Below are positions 51,990-64,000 of a stretch of DNA of 64,000 bases, piece by piece. Origin of the DNA: Octopus sinensis (taxonomy: Eukaryota); contig NC_042997.1 in assembly GCF_006345805.1 (NCBI RefSeq), positions 55,924,001 through 55,988,000 on the forward strand, written 5' to 3'. Position numbers and translations under genes: made by a program. Numbering within the stretch: position 1 is the stretch's first letter; each line of letters starts with the position of its first letter. The notes under the pieces were generated by a model. It worked only from the letters and a program-made list of their open reading frames with translations. It was not told where the DNA came from and ran no database searches.

Positions 51990-53320
51990 GGTTCATCAGC
52001 AGCAGCAGCAATTATTTGAAGGGCAAAGAACTTATTCAAAGTTGTTTGATATGTATGGTGTGTCATCTCTTTATACAGCTTAGTGCAGGGACTAAACTCC
52101 TTATAAACACTTCTTGCAACGTTATGTTTATGTTGTGTTCACAAATATGGTTAATGTCAGCAAAACTTGCAGACCTTCCTCTAACAGTGCCAAGCATTTA
52201 GCAATACTCTTTACTGTCAATTTCAGTAAAGTTTGTAGAATTTCTGTATTCTTATCTGTATTTTCAGCTTGTTCTTGTTCTAACAACATCAGCTCCTTGT
52301 TAGCTAAACTTTCTCTATGGAACACTAGCTTTGACTTGAAACAACATTCACTCGGGGTGGGTTGAGCTGGCTTCATTCATCTTCAATGCTGCATCTCTCA
52401 TAAATGCCGACCAGGCCTAGCAATTTGAGACTAATGACCATGTGATCTCCAACCACTCCTTATTCCAGCAGCGAACGCCATAGACATGGGGGCCTAGGTT
52501 GGGTTCCAGATCAGCCTTGACTGTCATCAGCTAGGTTTTTCGTTGTCCACCACATCACTTTTGCCAACCCTGAAGGGGAGCTGGATGAATGGAACACTAG
52601 CAACTCAACATCATCTTCTATGATTTCTTCAGACCCAAAGAAGCATCAGATGATTTTTGAAAGTTTTAAACTCTAATGCTGCTTTTTCTTATTGAAAAAA
52701 TAAAAGTTCTAGCAGACATGAGCTCCCAGAAAAGTGCAGTTTCATCAACATTGTACACTTACACTATTACCCCTTTAGCAATTGATTTTAACAGCTGTTT
52801 AAGATAATTAGTAGCTGCATCTGTATCAGCATTCACAGCTCACCAGTCATTTTTAGGTTGTGTAAATTCATGTACTTCTTAAATGTTTTAAACCAGACAT
52901 TTAAGTCCCCAGTAAAGGCTTTAATTTAAATTTTTACCTTTCTTTTTCTGCAAATTATCATACAAGCTTTTGACTTTTTAATTACCATCATACTTATTGA
53001 CACAATATGTTGAATATGATACTTTATCCATACACCTAAGATTCAACCCAGAGCATCACATTAGATCTCTGAATGAATAAAGGCCAAGCATAACGGAGTA
53101 ATTCTTCAGCACTTGACTTAATTTTCTCTCTATTGTCGCATATTGGTCCCAAGTTGCAAGCTTTAATGCTTTGACAGTGTAACTGAAGTTTTTTCTCTCA
53201 CATCAAGCCTTTTTAAAACATCAAGTTTAATATCCAGAGTGATTCCTTTGTGGTTCTTTTTCACACTACTGCATTCACTTCCAATTGTGAGGCATCCCTC
53301 CAGGTATCTTGAATTGTAGG
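51990..53320 (-). mobile_element. Old Tigger/pogo transposase relic
   Basis: KGITLDIKLDVLKRL (HTH), LHNLKMTGE, YNVDETALFW, and C-terminal LANKELMLLEQE...LTVKSIAKCLALLEEGLQ. Confidence 0.8.
52330..52520 (-). mobile_element. RTE-like LINE 3' end nested in the Tigger relic
   Basis: AWSAFMRDAALKMNEASSTHPE* followed by a CAAGT-type tail. Confidence 0.55.
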
Positions 53321-53594
53321 AAAATCCATATATATATATATGTGTGTGTGTATATATTATTATATATATATTTTATCCCTTATTTCTTTCAGTCATTGGC
53401 TTGCAGCCATGCTGGGGTACCACCATAAATGGTTTAGATGAATGAATCACCCCTTACTCCCTCCTAGTGCTTCTCTTTTTTTAAAGTCTGGTACTATTTT
53501 ATCAGTTGCTTTTGCTGAAGTGCTAAGTTACAGGGACATAAACTAACCAACACTGACTGCCAAGTGGTGGTGGGGGACAAACACACACTACATA

Positions 53595-53630
<36 letters not shown>

Positions 53631-53635
53631 TATAG

Positions 53636-53666
<31 letters not shown>

Positions 53667-54817
53667 ATATATTGTGTGTGTGTGTGTGTGTATGTATATA
53701 CATAAATCTATATAATATAAGATATAATAATATGATATATTATTAATATATAATGGTAATGTAACATTATCATGTATTTTATAATGTATTCATTTTATAA
53801 TGTATAAAGGTTTCTTTCAGTTTCCATCTATCAAGTCCACTCACAAAGCTTTGATCAGCCTGAAGCTATAGTAGAAGTTATTTGCCCAAGATGTCACAAA
53901 GTAGCACTGAACCCAAAGCCATGTGGTTGAGAAGCAAACTTTTTACCACAGAGCCACACATGCTTATATATAATATATACATACATGTGTATATATATAT
54001 AGAGAGAGAGATAGAGATATTTGATGCAATGAGGCACGTCTTGTCTCAATACTTACTACCTGAGGCAAAATTAGCATTATAAAGTTCGATATGCCTAAAA
54101 GATATCTGGTTAATAAATATGCAAACTGCTATGTTCTTTCTGTACATATATGCACCCTTACAGTCCAGCATGCCATCTGTTTCTATGTCACTGGGCTCAT
54201 TCTTTCCTCTTTGACTCATAATTCCTGCTTCCTTTACTGCTTCATGATAAGTTGCACTCCAGGGAAGACTGCTGATTCCTTTGTCTTGTACAGTGTCATT
54301 GAAGCACACATACTCCCTGCAGTGATGGTCTCTGATTGCTATTTTTCACTTCCAGCAAGTAACTTTCTTTCCCCCTGGTTGGTCTCCCTTGGGGTTATGA
54401 TAAATTGCTTCCTTACTGATCAACTATCCAGCCAAGAGTTATCAAAAAAATGAGATGTGACCTAGATGTAGTAACACCCAACAGAAAATCTAAGAGTAAA
54501 AGTAGAGTGTCTTTCTCTCCAGCTATATGTATATATATATATATATATATGTATGATTGAATATAAATCTCCTTCTCTCTCTCATAATATATATTTGTGT
54601 GTGTACATATTTTTTATATGTATTATATATGTTTGTGTGTATATGCACATATATATATATATATATATTGAGTTCTATTTCTCCTGTTAGTTCTACAAAA
54701 AGTCTGTACATACATTTATGTGTGTGTGTGTGTGTGTATGCATGTAGTTAGATTTTGTAGAGCACGCAGAAGAAATAGAATACAATAAGAGTGTGTGTGT
54801 ATGTGTATATATATATA

Positions 54818-55420
54818 TCATCATTTAACATCTGTTGTCCATGCTGGCATGGGTTGGACGGTTTGATTGGGTTGGCATGCTGGAAGGCTCCACCGGACTC
54901 CAGTCTGATTTGGCATGCTTTTCTACAGCTTGATGCCCTTCCTAATGCCAACCACTCTGAGAGTGTAATAGATGCTTTTACATGCCATTTGCATAACACC
55001 GGTATTTGCCACAACTGCTATTTTGCTCAGCTTGATGGGCCTTCTTCTCAAGCACAACATAATGCCAAAGATCTTGGTCATTGCCTCCATGAGGCCCAAA
55101 ACTCAAAAGGAACTCAGCCACTTTGCTTCCATGTGATCCAATGCTCAAAAGGAGCTCAGTCACTTTGCTTCCATGAGACCCAAGCCCCAACACTTAAAAG
55201 GAACTCAACTACTTTGCCTCCATGAGGCCCATTTAAAAGATGTTCTTTATGTGCCACCAGCACAGGTGCACTTGGCTTGAAGGGTCTTCTCAAGTACAGC
55301 GCATCAAAGATCTCAGTCACCAGTCATTGCCTCTGTGAGGCTCAAAGTTTGAAGATTATGCTTCACCACCTCATCTTCCTGGGTTTACCTCCACCACATG
55401 CTTCCCTATAAGCAACAACA
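54818..55420 (-). mobile_element. RTE-tailed repeat with internal ~42-bp tandem units
   Basis: CCAACCCATGCCAGCATGG...GTTAAATGATGAT 3' end shared with 40985-41075 and 58860-58918. Confidence 0.6.
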
Positions 55421-55575
55421 TTTTATAAACAAACTATGGAAGCATCGAATGTGTTTCATATTTTACAGACAAGAAAGTAATATTTCAAATGCAGTATAGC
55501 CATAAAAACAGCAGAAAGATTGAGTATTTTACCATTATAAGACGGCTACAGGACTTTAGTGTTTAATTTGACAGT

Positions 55576-55772
55576 GGGCCATTTAGCTTAATGGTAGAAT
55601 GCTCAGCCAGTATCTGATGGATATAGGTTTAAGTCCCATAGCCATCTGCTGACAGCTTTTTCTGTCTTATTTAGTGTTTAATTTGACAGTGACTATTGAC
55701 AGTGGGCCATTTAGCTTAATGGTAGAATACTCAGCCAGTATCTGAGGGGTACAGGTTTGAATCCCATAGCCA
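55576..55772 (+). pseudogene. Two tandem tRNA-like sequences (Thr-AGT-like pseudogene or SINE head), period 128
   Basis: TAGCTTAATGGTAGA D arm, CTCAG-CCAGTAT-CTGAG anticodon arm, GGTTTGAATCC T arm; acceptor mismatches. Confidence 0.6.
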
Positions 55773-56964
55773 TCTGCTGACAATTTTTTCCATCTTGTAA
55801 GGTTAAAATGCCCATTCTTTCTGCTGTTTTCACAGCTATACTGTTTGAAATTTATTTTCTTGTCTGTAAAATGTATATATATAAATATGAATTGATGGAA
55901 TGTCAAGGGAACAGGAGTTATATAAGCAACTTCATTGGCTTACAGTTGTTTCTACTATAAAATCCAGTGCATTCAGAGCCAAGTGATTACGCATCATCTT
56001 ATGCTTTTTTTTTGTGCCTTGAAAAGCTATATGAAAGGAGAAATATATACATAAACACACATACTTCATGCATTGCCTTCCAATATTTATGTTATCATAG
56101 CTAGTGGTGGATCAAAGGGTATATATATATATACACGTAGGTGCAGGAGTGGCCATGCTTCCCAACCACGTGGTTCTGGGTTCATTCCCACTGTGCCACC
56201 TTGGGCAAGAGTCTTCTACTATAGCCTCAGGCTGACCAAAGCCTTGTGAGTGGATGTTGTAGACTGAAACTGAAAGAAGCCCGTCGTATATATATATATA
56301 TATATGGGGTATGAGTGTGTATGTGTTTACACATGAACACATGACATACTATTTCGGTATCAGCTTATATATATAAGGATTGGTCTGCAAATGTAGCCAT
56401 CATTTATACATAGCATATTTATACTCTTTTCTAGTTTATTTCAACCTAATTATTATTGATTTAGTTTGGTATATATTTACTACATTTTATTCATTGAGTT
56501 ATTCATTTATATATATATATATTAATGTATTCATGTATTTATTATACTAGTAAGAATCTATGAATATTTAAATATCGGTATGTGGTTATGAAGCAGTTTT
56601 ATGTGAGTGTGTTTTATTTAACATGAAATGACATTTGATTTTCTGTCTCTAATTTTGTAATATTATATTTCTTGGAGAAATTATTTTGACTGTTATGAAT
56701 CAAATTTATTCCAAATGTTGGAATCACAAAAATATTTTTTGAAATAACCCAACTCAATGTCCAAATTCAAAATTTTCAGTTTCAGATGAGGTAGTCAAGA
56801 AACAGCGTTTCCTTGCTAAGACAGTAAATCTGTACATTATTTGTAAAATATGCACACGTATGCGTGTATACACATCAGAGACAACTCCAGGTCATCAGCA
56901 TCACTCTGGCTCATCACAGATTTTGTCACTAAGGCTCATCACAGATTTCACATAAGACACATAC

Positions 56965-57076
56965 CTGCTTGAAGAATTTCATATTTTTCCACAATATTTC
57001 AAGCCCCAAATGGCTTTTTTATATCTAGCACTATGTCTTTCTCCATTTCTAAGTTAATGGTAAAAATAAAGCAACC
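56965..57076 (-). other. Candidate spliced exon, 112 nt (UTR or non-coding, or start-codon exon)
   Basis: TTGTGTTTTGCAG|G acceptor and CAG|GTATGT donor; stops in all frames, but it ends ATG AAA TTC TTC AAG CAG. Confidence 0.3.
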
Positions 57077-57714
57077 CTGCAAAACACAACTGATCTTTAC
57101 ACACAGATGCACAGAATAACACCAATCAAATAACAACTGTAGGGTGCACAACAAACATCAGTGATCTGACTGTCGCCTGTGCTCTTGACAAGAGATGCCA
57201 GTTAGTCTTTTGCACCTACCAGGCTTGTTCCTATTAGCTCGAGTTGCTGGATAATTTTTAATCCCTTTAAGAATATTATAGAACAGAAACTTTTCGGAGA
57301 TTGGAAATTAAATCCTAATCTCTATAGAAATTTATTGCTTCAAGAAAGTATTGAATTTGAATTACTTTTAATTTTTGTGATTATAGATAACAACTCGGGC
57401 TGTAACTTTGGAGCCCGAGTCAGGCGTGTGTAAACAATGTCAAGAGAATGTCAACTACAAATTAGATATTTTTGGACACAGAGCACCTCTAAGACAACTG
57501 CCAGACACTGAACGAAAATAAATGAACTGTGGCCAGGCTCAATAAAAAGAGCCCGATTTATTGGCTGCAATTACATACCTGAAGTCAGTGTAGGCAGAAA
57601 TTAAATCAGCATGCAAATACACGTTCACTTTACTAAATTTATATACTTGGGTTCAGCCAAACAGCCCGAGTGCCGGAGTCGCCACTGATATACATATATA
57701 TGTATGTATTTATG

Positions 57715-58074
57715 CAGGTGTGGCTGTGTGGTAAGATGCTTGTTTCCCAACCACATGGTTCCAAGTTGAGTCCCACTGCATGGCACCTTGGGCAAGTGTC
57801 TTCTACCATAGCCTCAGGCTAACCAAAGCCTTGTGAGTTGATTTGATAGACGGAAACTGAAAGAAGCCCATCATATATATATATATTTATGAATGTGTTT
57901 TTGACAACTGATGTTGGTGTGTTTACATACCTGTAACTTAGTGGTTCAGCAAAAGAGACCAATAGAATAAGTACTAGACTTAAAAAAAAGTTCTACAGTT
58001 GATTTGTTCAACTATAACCCTTCAAGGCAGTGCTCCAGCATGACCACAGTAAAATGACTGAATCAAATAAAAGA
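57715..58074 (+). mobile_element. SINE family B, older CpG-decayed copy
   Basis: Aligns to 58116-58529. Confidence 0.85.
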
Positions 58075-58115
58075 ATATATATGTACATTAATTATAAAAT
58101 ATGCACATAGTGGCT

Positions 58116-58279
58116 GCGCAGGAGTGGCTGTGTGGTAAGTAGCTTGCTAACCAACCACATGGTTCTGGGTTCAGTCCCACTGCGTGGCATCTTGGGCAAG
58201 TGTCTTCTGCTATAGCCTCGGGCCGACCAATGCCTTGTCAGTGGATTTGGTAGACGGAAACTGAAAGAAGCCTGTCGTA

Positions 58280-58322
<43 letters not shown>

Positions 58323-58529
58323 ATGTGTTTGTGTGTCTGTGTTTGTCCTCCTAGCATTGCTTGACAACCGATGCTGGTGTGTTTACGTCCCTGTCACTTA
58401 GCGGTTCGGCAAAAGAGACCGATAGAATAAGTACTGGGCTTACAAAGAATAAGTCCCGGGGTCGATTTGCTCGACTAAAGGCGGTGCTCCAGCATGGCCG
58501 CAGTCAAATGACTGAAACAAGTAAAAGAG
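58116..58529 (+). mobile_element. SINE family B, full length, young
   Basis: GCGCAGGAGTGGCTGTGTGGTAAG...GGGTTCAGTCCC head, central (TA/TG)n, ...GAAACAAGTAAAAGAG end. Other copies near 21065, 30085, 30485, 37965, 38605, 50320, 50690, 53380, 53810, 56138, 63270. Confidence 0.93.
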
Positions 58530-59795
58530 TATACAAATGTGTGTGTGTGTGTGTAAAAAATAATGTATATATGTATGTAAATGTGTATGCATATATATAT
58601 ATGTGTATATATATTGTTCTAACATCTTTTTCCATGCTTGCTTAGGTCTGACGGAATTCATTTAGGTAGGTTTTCTGCCGCTGGATATATGTATAACATC
58701 ACGTGATAGATGTAAATGAGTGTCACTGCCATGCAAGCAGCATCATTCACTTCCAATATTTCACTAAAATATGTCTGGTCATAGGAAAATATTACCCTGC
58801 TTGGAAACAGGTGAGGGGTGGTGACCGAGACATTTGACCTAAGAAAAAAACTGCCTCAATAAGTTCCATTTGACCCATGCTAGCATAGAAAAGTGGATGT
58901 TAAAATGATGATGATGATAGTGAAGCATACACTTGCATACATAATTATAGTTATAGACTTTGAAAATACGGATGCATCTCTGTAAATATTTTTTCAACTA
59001 TATCTATTTGTTTTTAAAAAAATTGTTTTGTTTCCTTCAAAATAAATTTATTATGGGTATGAAATACACCAATTTTTATCTTTGCATATTTAAGCTATAC
59101 ATTTCATGTAATTATTTATTTATTAACTCTTTTTTTGGCTTTATTCATTGTTAATCTTCTCGTTAATGTGTTTTTGTTCCTTTCTCCTTGTGACATATAC
59201 ATGCTGTCAGTCTAAGAAGTGGAATCTTAATAGAAGAAGGCTGATGATATATGTTTAAATTCAAAAATGAACCAGCACTGTTTTGCTTTAAGCAATGTCA
59301 CCTTACTATGATACAAAGTTGTGTGATTTATTGTACAATATCTGTTACATGAGACTTTTGGGGATACAAATTTTGCCTCTGGGTATTTATCTTCAAACTT
59401 TAGACATACAAGCCCAGTGTTTTACTTACTTCAATATTGATCTTCAACATTTAACTTAATTCACCTTAATGTATTTTATGCAGTTAAAAATGGATGAGAA
59501 ATTGTCCCTATCTACCTGTCCTTCCATCTCAGAGGGCCACAGCTGACTGCATGGATAGGTTTCCAGACTGCTAACCAAAGTCACCAAAGCAATTAGTATG
59601 CTGAGTCTAGAATCAATATGCTTAACTCTCAACAGCCTTGTCCAACTTCCTATAAAACACTACAAACTGCTAATAAACTAATGCAAATATTGTTATTAAC
59701 AACAGTTTCATTATATCACAAAGTCAAACATTAAATCCTCTGGCTGAGGGTTTCTTTGAGAATAAGAGCTAGTATAGCAGTCTGATTTGTCTTAA

Positions 59796-60037
59796 CCCTT
59801 TAGGTACTATCCCATCTTCACACTATGGCTGATTCTATTACACTAATCTTGTAAGGTTATAATGTTTATATATGAACCTAATCTTTCCATCATTATTTTT
59901 AGAAACATTTTGTCTTGACTTCCAAACATTATTGCTGTAGAGAAAAAAAATTATTTCCCTGTTTGCTTCAAAATTCTTATTTTCAAAATAAACTGTAACA
60001 TATAAACCATGTATTATAAATATTGGTGAACAAAGGG
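59796..60037 (+). mobile_element. piggyBac-like MITE
   Basis: TTAA|CCCTTT...AAAGGG|TTAA. Confidence 0.7.
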
Positions 60038-61081
60038 TTAAATACACGACATAAAGATATTTTGTTAGACATTGATAGCCATTCCAATGAATTTTGCAAT
60101 CATTCATAGCCTTTCAATGTTCTCCAGCCAGTCACAGTCCTTCAGACAGTTTTCCAATTATTTAAAGTCCTCTGAGACTTTTCTAGTCATTTGTGGCCAT
60201 TCAGGCAGTTTTTCCATCATTTGTGGCCCTTCAGGCAAAATATTATAATGATTCATGGGCCTTTGAACTTTTCCAGTCATCCATGGTTCCTCAGATCAAC
60301 AGCTAATGAGACGAAATCATTCTATTCATAAAGCAACATTCAAACAGGACTGTATAAAAACATAGTTTTATAAGAAAAATAAACAAAAACTATAAATAAA
60401 TAAATGGAATGGATAAAGTAGAACAATAAAGTAGATATATGATAGCGAAGCTCATGTTGACCTTGGCAGGATTTGAACTCACAAGATACATATAGACACG
60501 TACTTGTGTGTGTGTGTGTGTGTACAAGCATTTGGATATGTATGTAGCTTATAGCCTACATGCTTATATATATAACTATAAACAGATATATGTGTGGTGG
60601 TGGGAGGATCCGTCAGCACTTGATAGAGTAATAGGAGTGCTATCATGGTATTCAGTGTGCCTTGGTCATTTAAAAGCTAAAGCATCAGTCCCTCCCACTC
60701 CAGATTTGAACAAATTCTCCAATTTCTTCCAGAGTAAAAGTGAGAAAGAGAGAGAAGAAAGAGTTCACCCAATACTTGGCTGGGTCAGCACTAAAAACAT
60801 GAAAGGCAATTTGACCTTGGTATGGATTTGACCTCCTTGCTTTACTGGCTCTGTCCATCCCACTTTATATACACATACACACACAGTGTCTGTTGTGTGT
60901 ACAAATCTTACCAAAAATTATATGAGCAAGGCAGTCTGTCACCCATCCCTCTATGAGGAGGTTGAAGAAAGACTATATGAGTCCCTGGCAACTTGTCCAA
61001 AATATAGAAGTATAGAAATGTAGGCATAAAATGGAAAAGAACATGATAATAATGATTATATATTATACACATTTGTATATG

Positions 61082-61108
61082 TGTCTGTCTACCTATCTTT
61101 CTACCTAC

Positions 61109-61146
<38 letters not shown>

Positions 61147-61198
61147 GTTTGTCTGTCTGCCTCTGTCTATCTTTCTGTCTACCTATCTTTCTACCTAC

Positions 61199-61256
<58 letters not shown>

Positions 61257-61262
61257 GTCTGT
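61082..61262. repeat. (TATC)n compound repeat with duplicated block
   Basis: Direct reading. Confidence 0.92.
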
Positions 61263-61454
61263 CTCTGTGTGTGTGTTTGTCTCTTACTATCTGCTAACCA
61301 GTATTGGCTTCTTTACATCCAGTTCAGCAGAAAGAGAATAAGATCCAGACTTTAAAAAAATAAGTACTGAGGTCAATTTGATAAACTAAATGCTACAAGG
61401 TGGGTTCTTCAGCATGACTGCTGTCCAATGACTGAAGCAAATATATAAGAATAA

Positions 61455-61489
<35 letters not shown>

Positions 61490-62032
61490 TGAATAATTTG
61501 TGCACAGCTCATTTTCTTCATAGTCAATCATATACAATTACATAAACAAATACACACATTCACTCACATACGTACAACAAACACCAGTACAACAAACATC
61601 AGGTAATTAACCTTACATATTCACTGTCCATTAATAAACTTGTTTGTTTGTTACTATAGTAATTGCAAAATCTGATATTAAAATATATCCAAGAAGTAAT
61701 TTACTTTATGATATTGAAATATCAGTCAATTTCCAAAATTTCATTTTCTTTTATAATAAGATTTAAATAAACTATTATTGTCATGCAATTTCTTCATAAA
61801 TATATATATATATCTTCCTATGTTGTAAATACCTCATATTCAGGCTATTTGTGTCTACTTGTGTGTGGGGGGATGTGTGTGTGTGTTGTATACTATGATC
61901 ATTAATCTTATAGTTGTGCAATTCTTGTTAAATTTTCACTGCATTTTTAACTTCATTTTCCAAGACTTTTATTCAAAACAAAATATGTTGTAACCCTAAC
62001 CAATGCTGTTAAAATAGACTGTGTTGATTACA

Positions 62033-63212
62033 GGATCCGGACAAAAGCCCTATAGTTATAGTGTGAAAGTGGACAAAAGCCCCACAGTTAGATTTTTTGG
62101 TTATTTTATCATTTTTTTTACTTGTTGCAGTCATTAGACTGTGGCCATGCTGGGGCACCACCTTGAGAAATTTTTAGTCAAATGTATCGACCTAGAATTT
62201 TTTTAATGATTTTCAACCAGCACATGAAGTTAAGCCGAGAAGGTCTCTCCACATGCTAGAAATAACAACCAAATCGCTTGAAAGTTTTTTTATGACCCCC
62301 TCAGTTATATTTTATGGTTATTCTTCGATTTTTTTTTTTTTTTTTCTAGAAATCTTTTTACTTGTTTCAGTCATTTGACCTTGTAAAATTTTTAGTTAAA
62401 TATATCGACCCTAGAATCTTTTTTAGGTGATTTTCAGCCAGCCTAGGTCTCGCCACATGCTAAAAATAACAGCCAAATCTTAAAAAAAAAATTTTTTTTA
62501 ATTTCATATAAACAAAAACAGAAATTGCAGTTGCCAAAAAAAAAGCTTTTATTTTCTGAAATTCCAATTTTTAAGTAAACAAAATATATTCAATCGAAAA
62601 AAATAAGTAGAATAGAATAACAGAACACAAGACTCTTTACTACTCAATGTACATATTGTCTGAATTCTAACAAAACGGAAAGCACTTACTTCAATAAATG
62701 TGTAGAAACATAAAAACTATAAGTATGTTTGAATGACTAGACTTCAGTCCATAATTCTGTTAGACTTTCAACAACCGAGAAAGTTCAAAAGGTCAACTCA
62801 TTCTCATTAATCTGTAAGTGCTGAGAGAAGAAAACTTTAAATTTAAATTGAAAGAAGACTTTTAATTTAAATTTTAAAACACTGATTTTCCTGCACCTAA
62901 AAATTCTTCAAGTGCCCCAGTATGGCTGCAGTCATAACTGCAACAAGTAAAATTTTTTTTAAATTCTGGTATCAATACGTTCAGCTAAAAATTCTTCAAG
63001 GCAGTGCCCAGTATGGCTGCAGTCTAATAACTGCAACAAGTAAAATTTTTTTTTAATTCTGGTATCAATACGTTCAGCTAAAAATTCTTCAAGGCAGTGC
63101 CCCAGCATAGCTACAATCTAATGACTGTAACAAGTAAAAGGTGAAAAAAAAACAAAAGCAAAATATATATAACCGTGGGGCTTTTGTCCGAGGGGCTTTT
63201 GTCCTACACTCA
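62033..63212. mobile_element. Non-autonomous Mutator-like DNA element, ~1.18 kb
   Basis: GGACAAAAGCCC motifs twice at the left end and inverted twice at the right; 9-bp TSD TTGATTACA at 62024-32 and 63213-21. Confidence 0.7.
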
Positions 63213-64000
63213 TTGATTACACAGGCAACTAGTACTATCACTGTTATTTCAATAGTTACTTTTTATATTTTATTTGTTCCAGTCATTTGACTATGGCCAT
63301 GCTGAAGCACCACCTTGGAGAATTTTAGTCAAACAAATTGACCTCGGTGCTTTTTATTTTTTGTAAAGCTTGGTACTTATTCTATCAGTTCCTTTTGCTG
63401 AACTACCAAGTTAGAGGGACATAAACTCAACAGCACCAGTTGTCATACACAAAGTCGCACACACTGATATATACAATGGGCTTCTTTCAGTTTCCATCAA
63501 CCAAATCCACTCACAAGGCTTTGGTTGGCCCAAAGCTATAGAAGACATTTACCCAGTGGGACTGAATCTGGAACCATGTAGTTTGGAAGTAAACTTCTTA
63601 CCATATAGCCATACCTACTCTTATAGTTAATTAAAAAAAGAAAAAGGTGATATCTAACAATAAAATTGCTTTCTACAGCAATATCCAAATAGTCAAATTT
63701 GTTATATATTACTCATAGACAAGGGGACAGTACCTTTGAGATCAATGTTATTGATGTTCCACTTAATTTTTTTACCAGGAAAATTAAGGGTATGGAAGGA
63801 ATTTTATAGGGTAGAATATAAGCTTTGAAAAGGAACAATTTCCCAAAAATATTTAGTAGAAGACCTAAGGGATGCGCTACAGTAGAAATGATGAGAATTG
63901 AAGAGAAAATCATTTGAGTTTGATTAGATGTCATGTACAGCTTGTTAGTTTATAGCCACACAAGTAGATGCAATTGCACCAGAAAAACAAAAATTGCATT

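Noticed and set aside
54046-54340. Possible minus-strand coding exon (REYVCFND...GMLD with GTAAGG donor)
   Set aside because: Weak acceptor and no recognisable homology
56965-57076. Selenoprotein exon (in-frame TGA)
   Set aside because: No selenoprotein motif and no SECIS visible
57394-57687. MITE suggested by ACTCGGGCTGT/ACAGCCCGAGT inverted repeat and a CAGTGGCGACTCC end
   Set aside because: Only one terminus-like end and no TSD

Overview
Eukaryotic, AT-rich, microsatellite-dense and almost entirely repetitive DNA. The SINE families and (TA)n/(CA)n/(TATG)n load look like an octopus (coleoid cephalopod) genome; this is inferred from pattern, not from a search. I found no recognisable host protein-coding gene, and most ORFs in the supplied track are microsatellite translations. 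The window holds: two near-full-length but broken mariner transposons; Tigger/pogo and DD37D-like fragments; Helitron, hAT, piggyBac and Mutator-like non-autonomous elements; LINE fragments (Tx1/L1, R4/Dong, RTE); many tRNA-derived SINEs; a probable solo LTR; and several Penelope-like element (PLE) pieces (RT and GIY-YIG). The main result is a concentration of type I hammerhead ribozyme (HHR) motifs. Minimal dimer-type HHRs with palindromic helix III sit at the 3' ends of at least four PLE families. Two loci (26092-26579 and 49333-49884) belong to a non-coding ~350-bp tandem-repeat family with one HHR per monomer, the architecture of a circular-RNA-forming retrozyme. The two loci show compensatory changes in the helix III palindrome, and one has the U3-A8 core pair. 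All ribozyme calls are folded by eye and untested.
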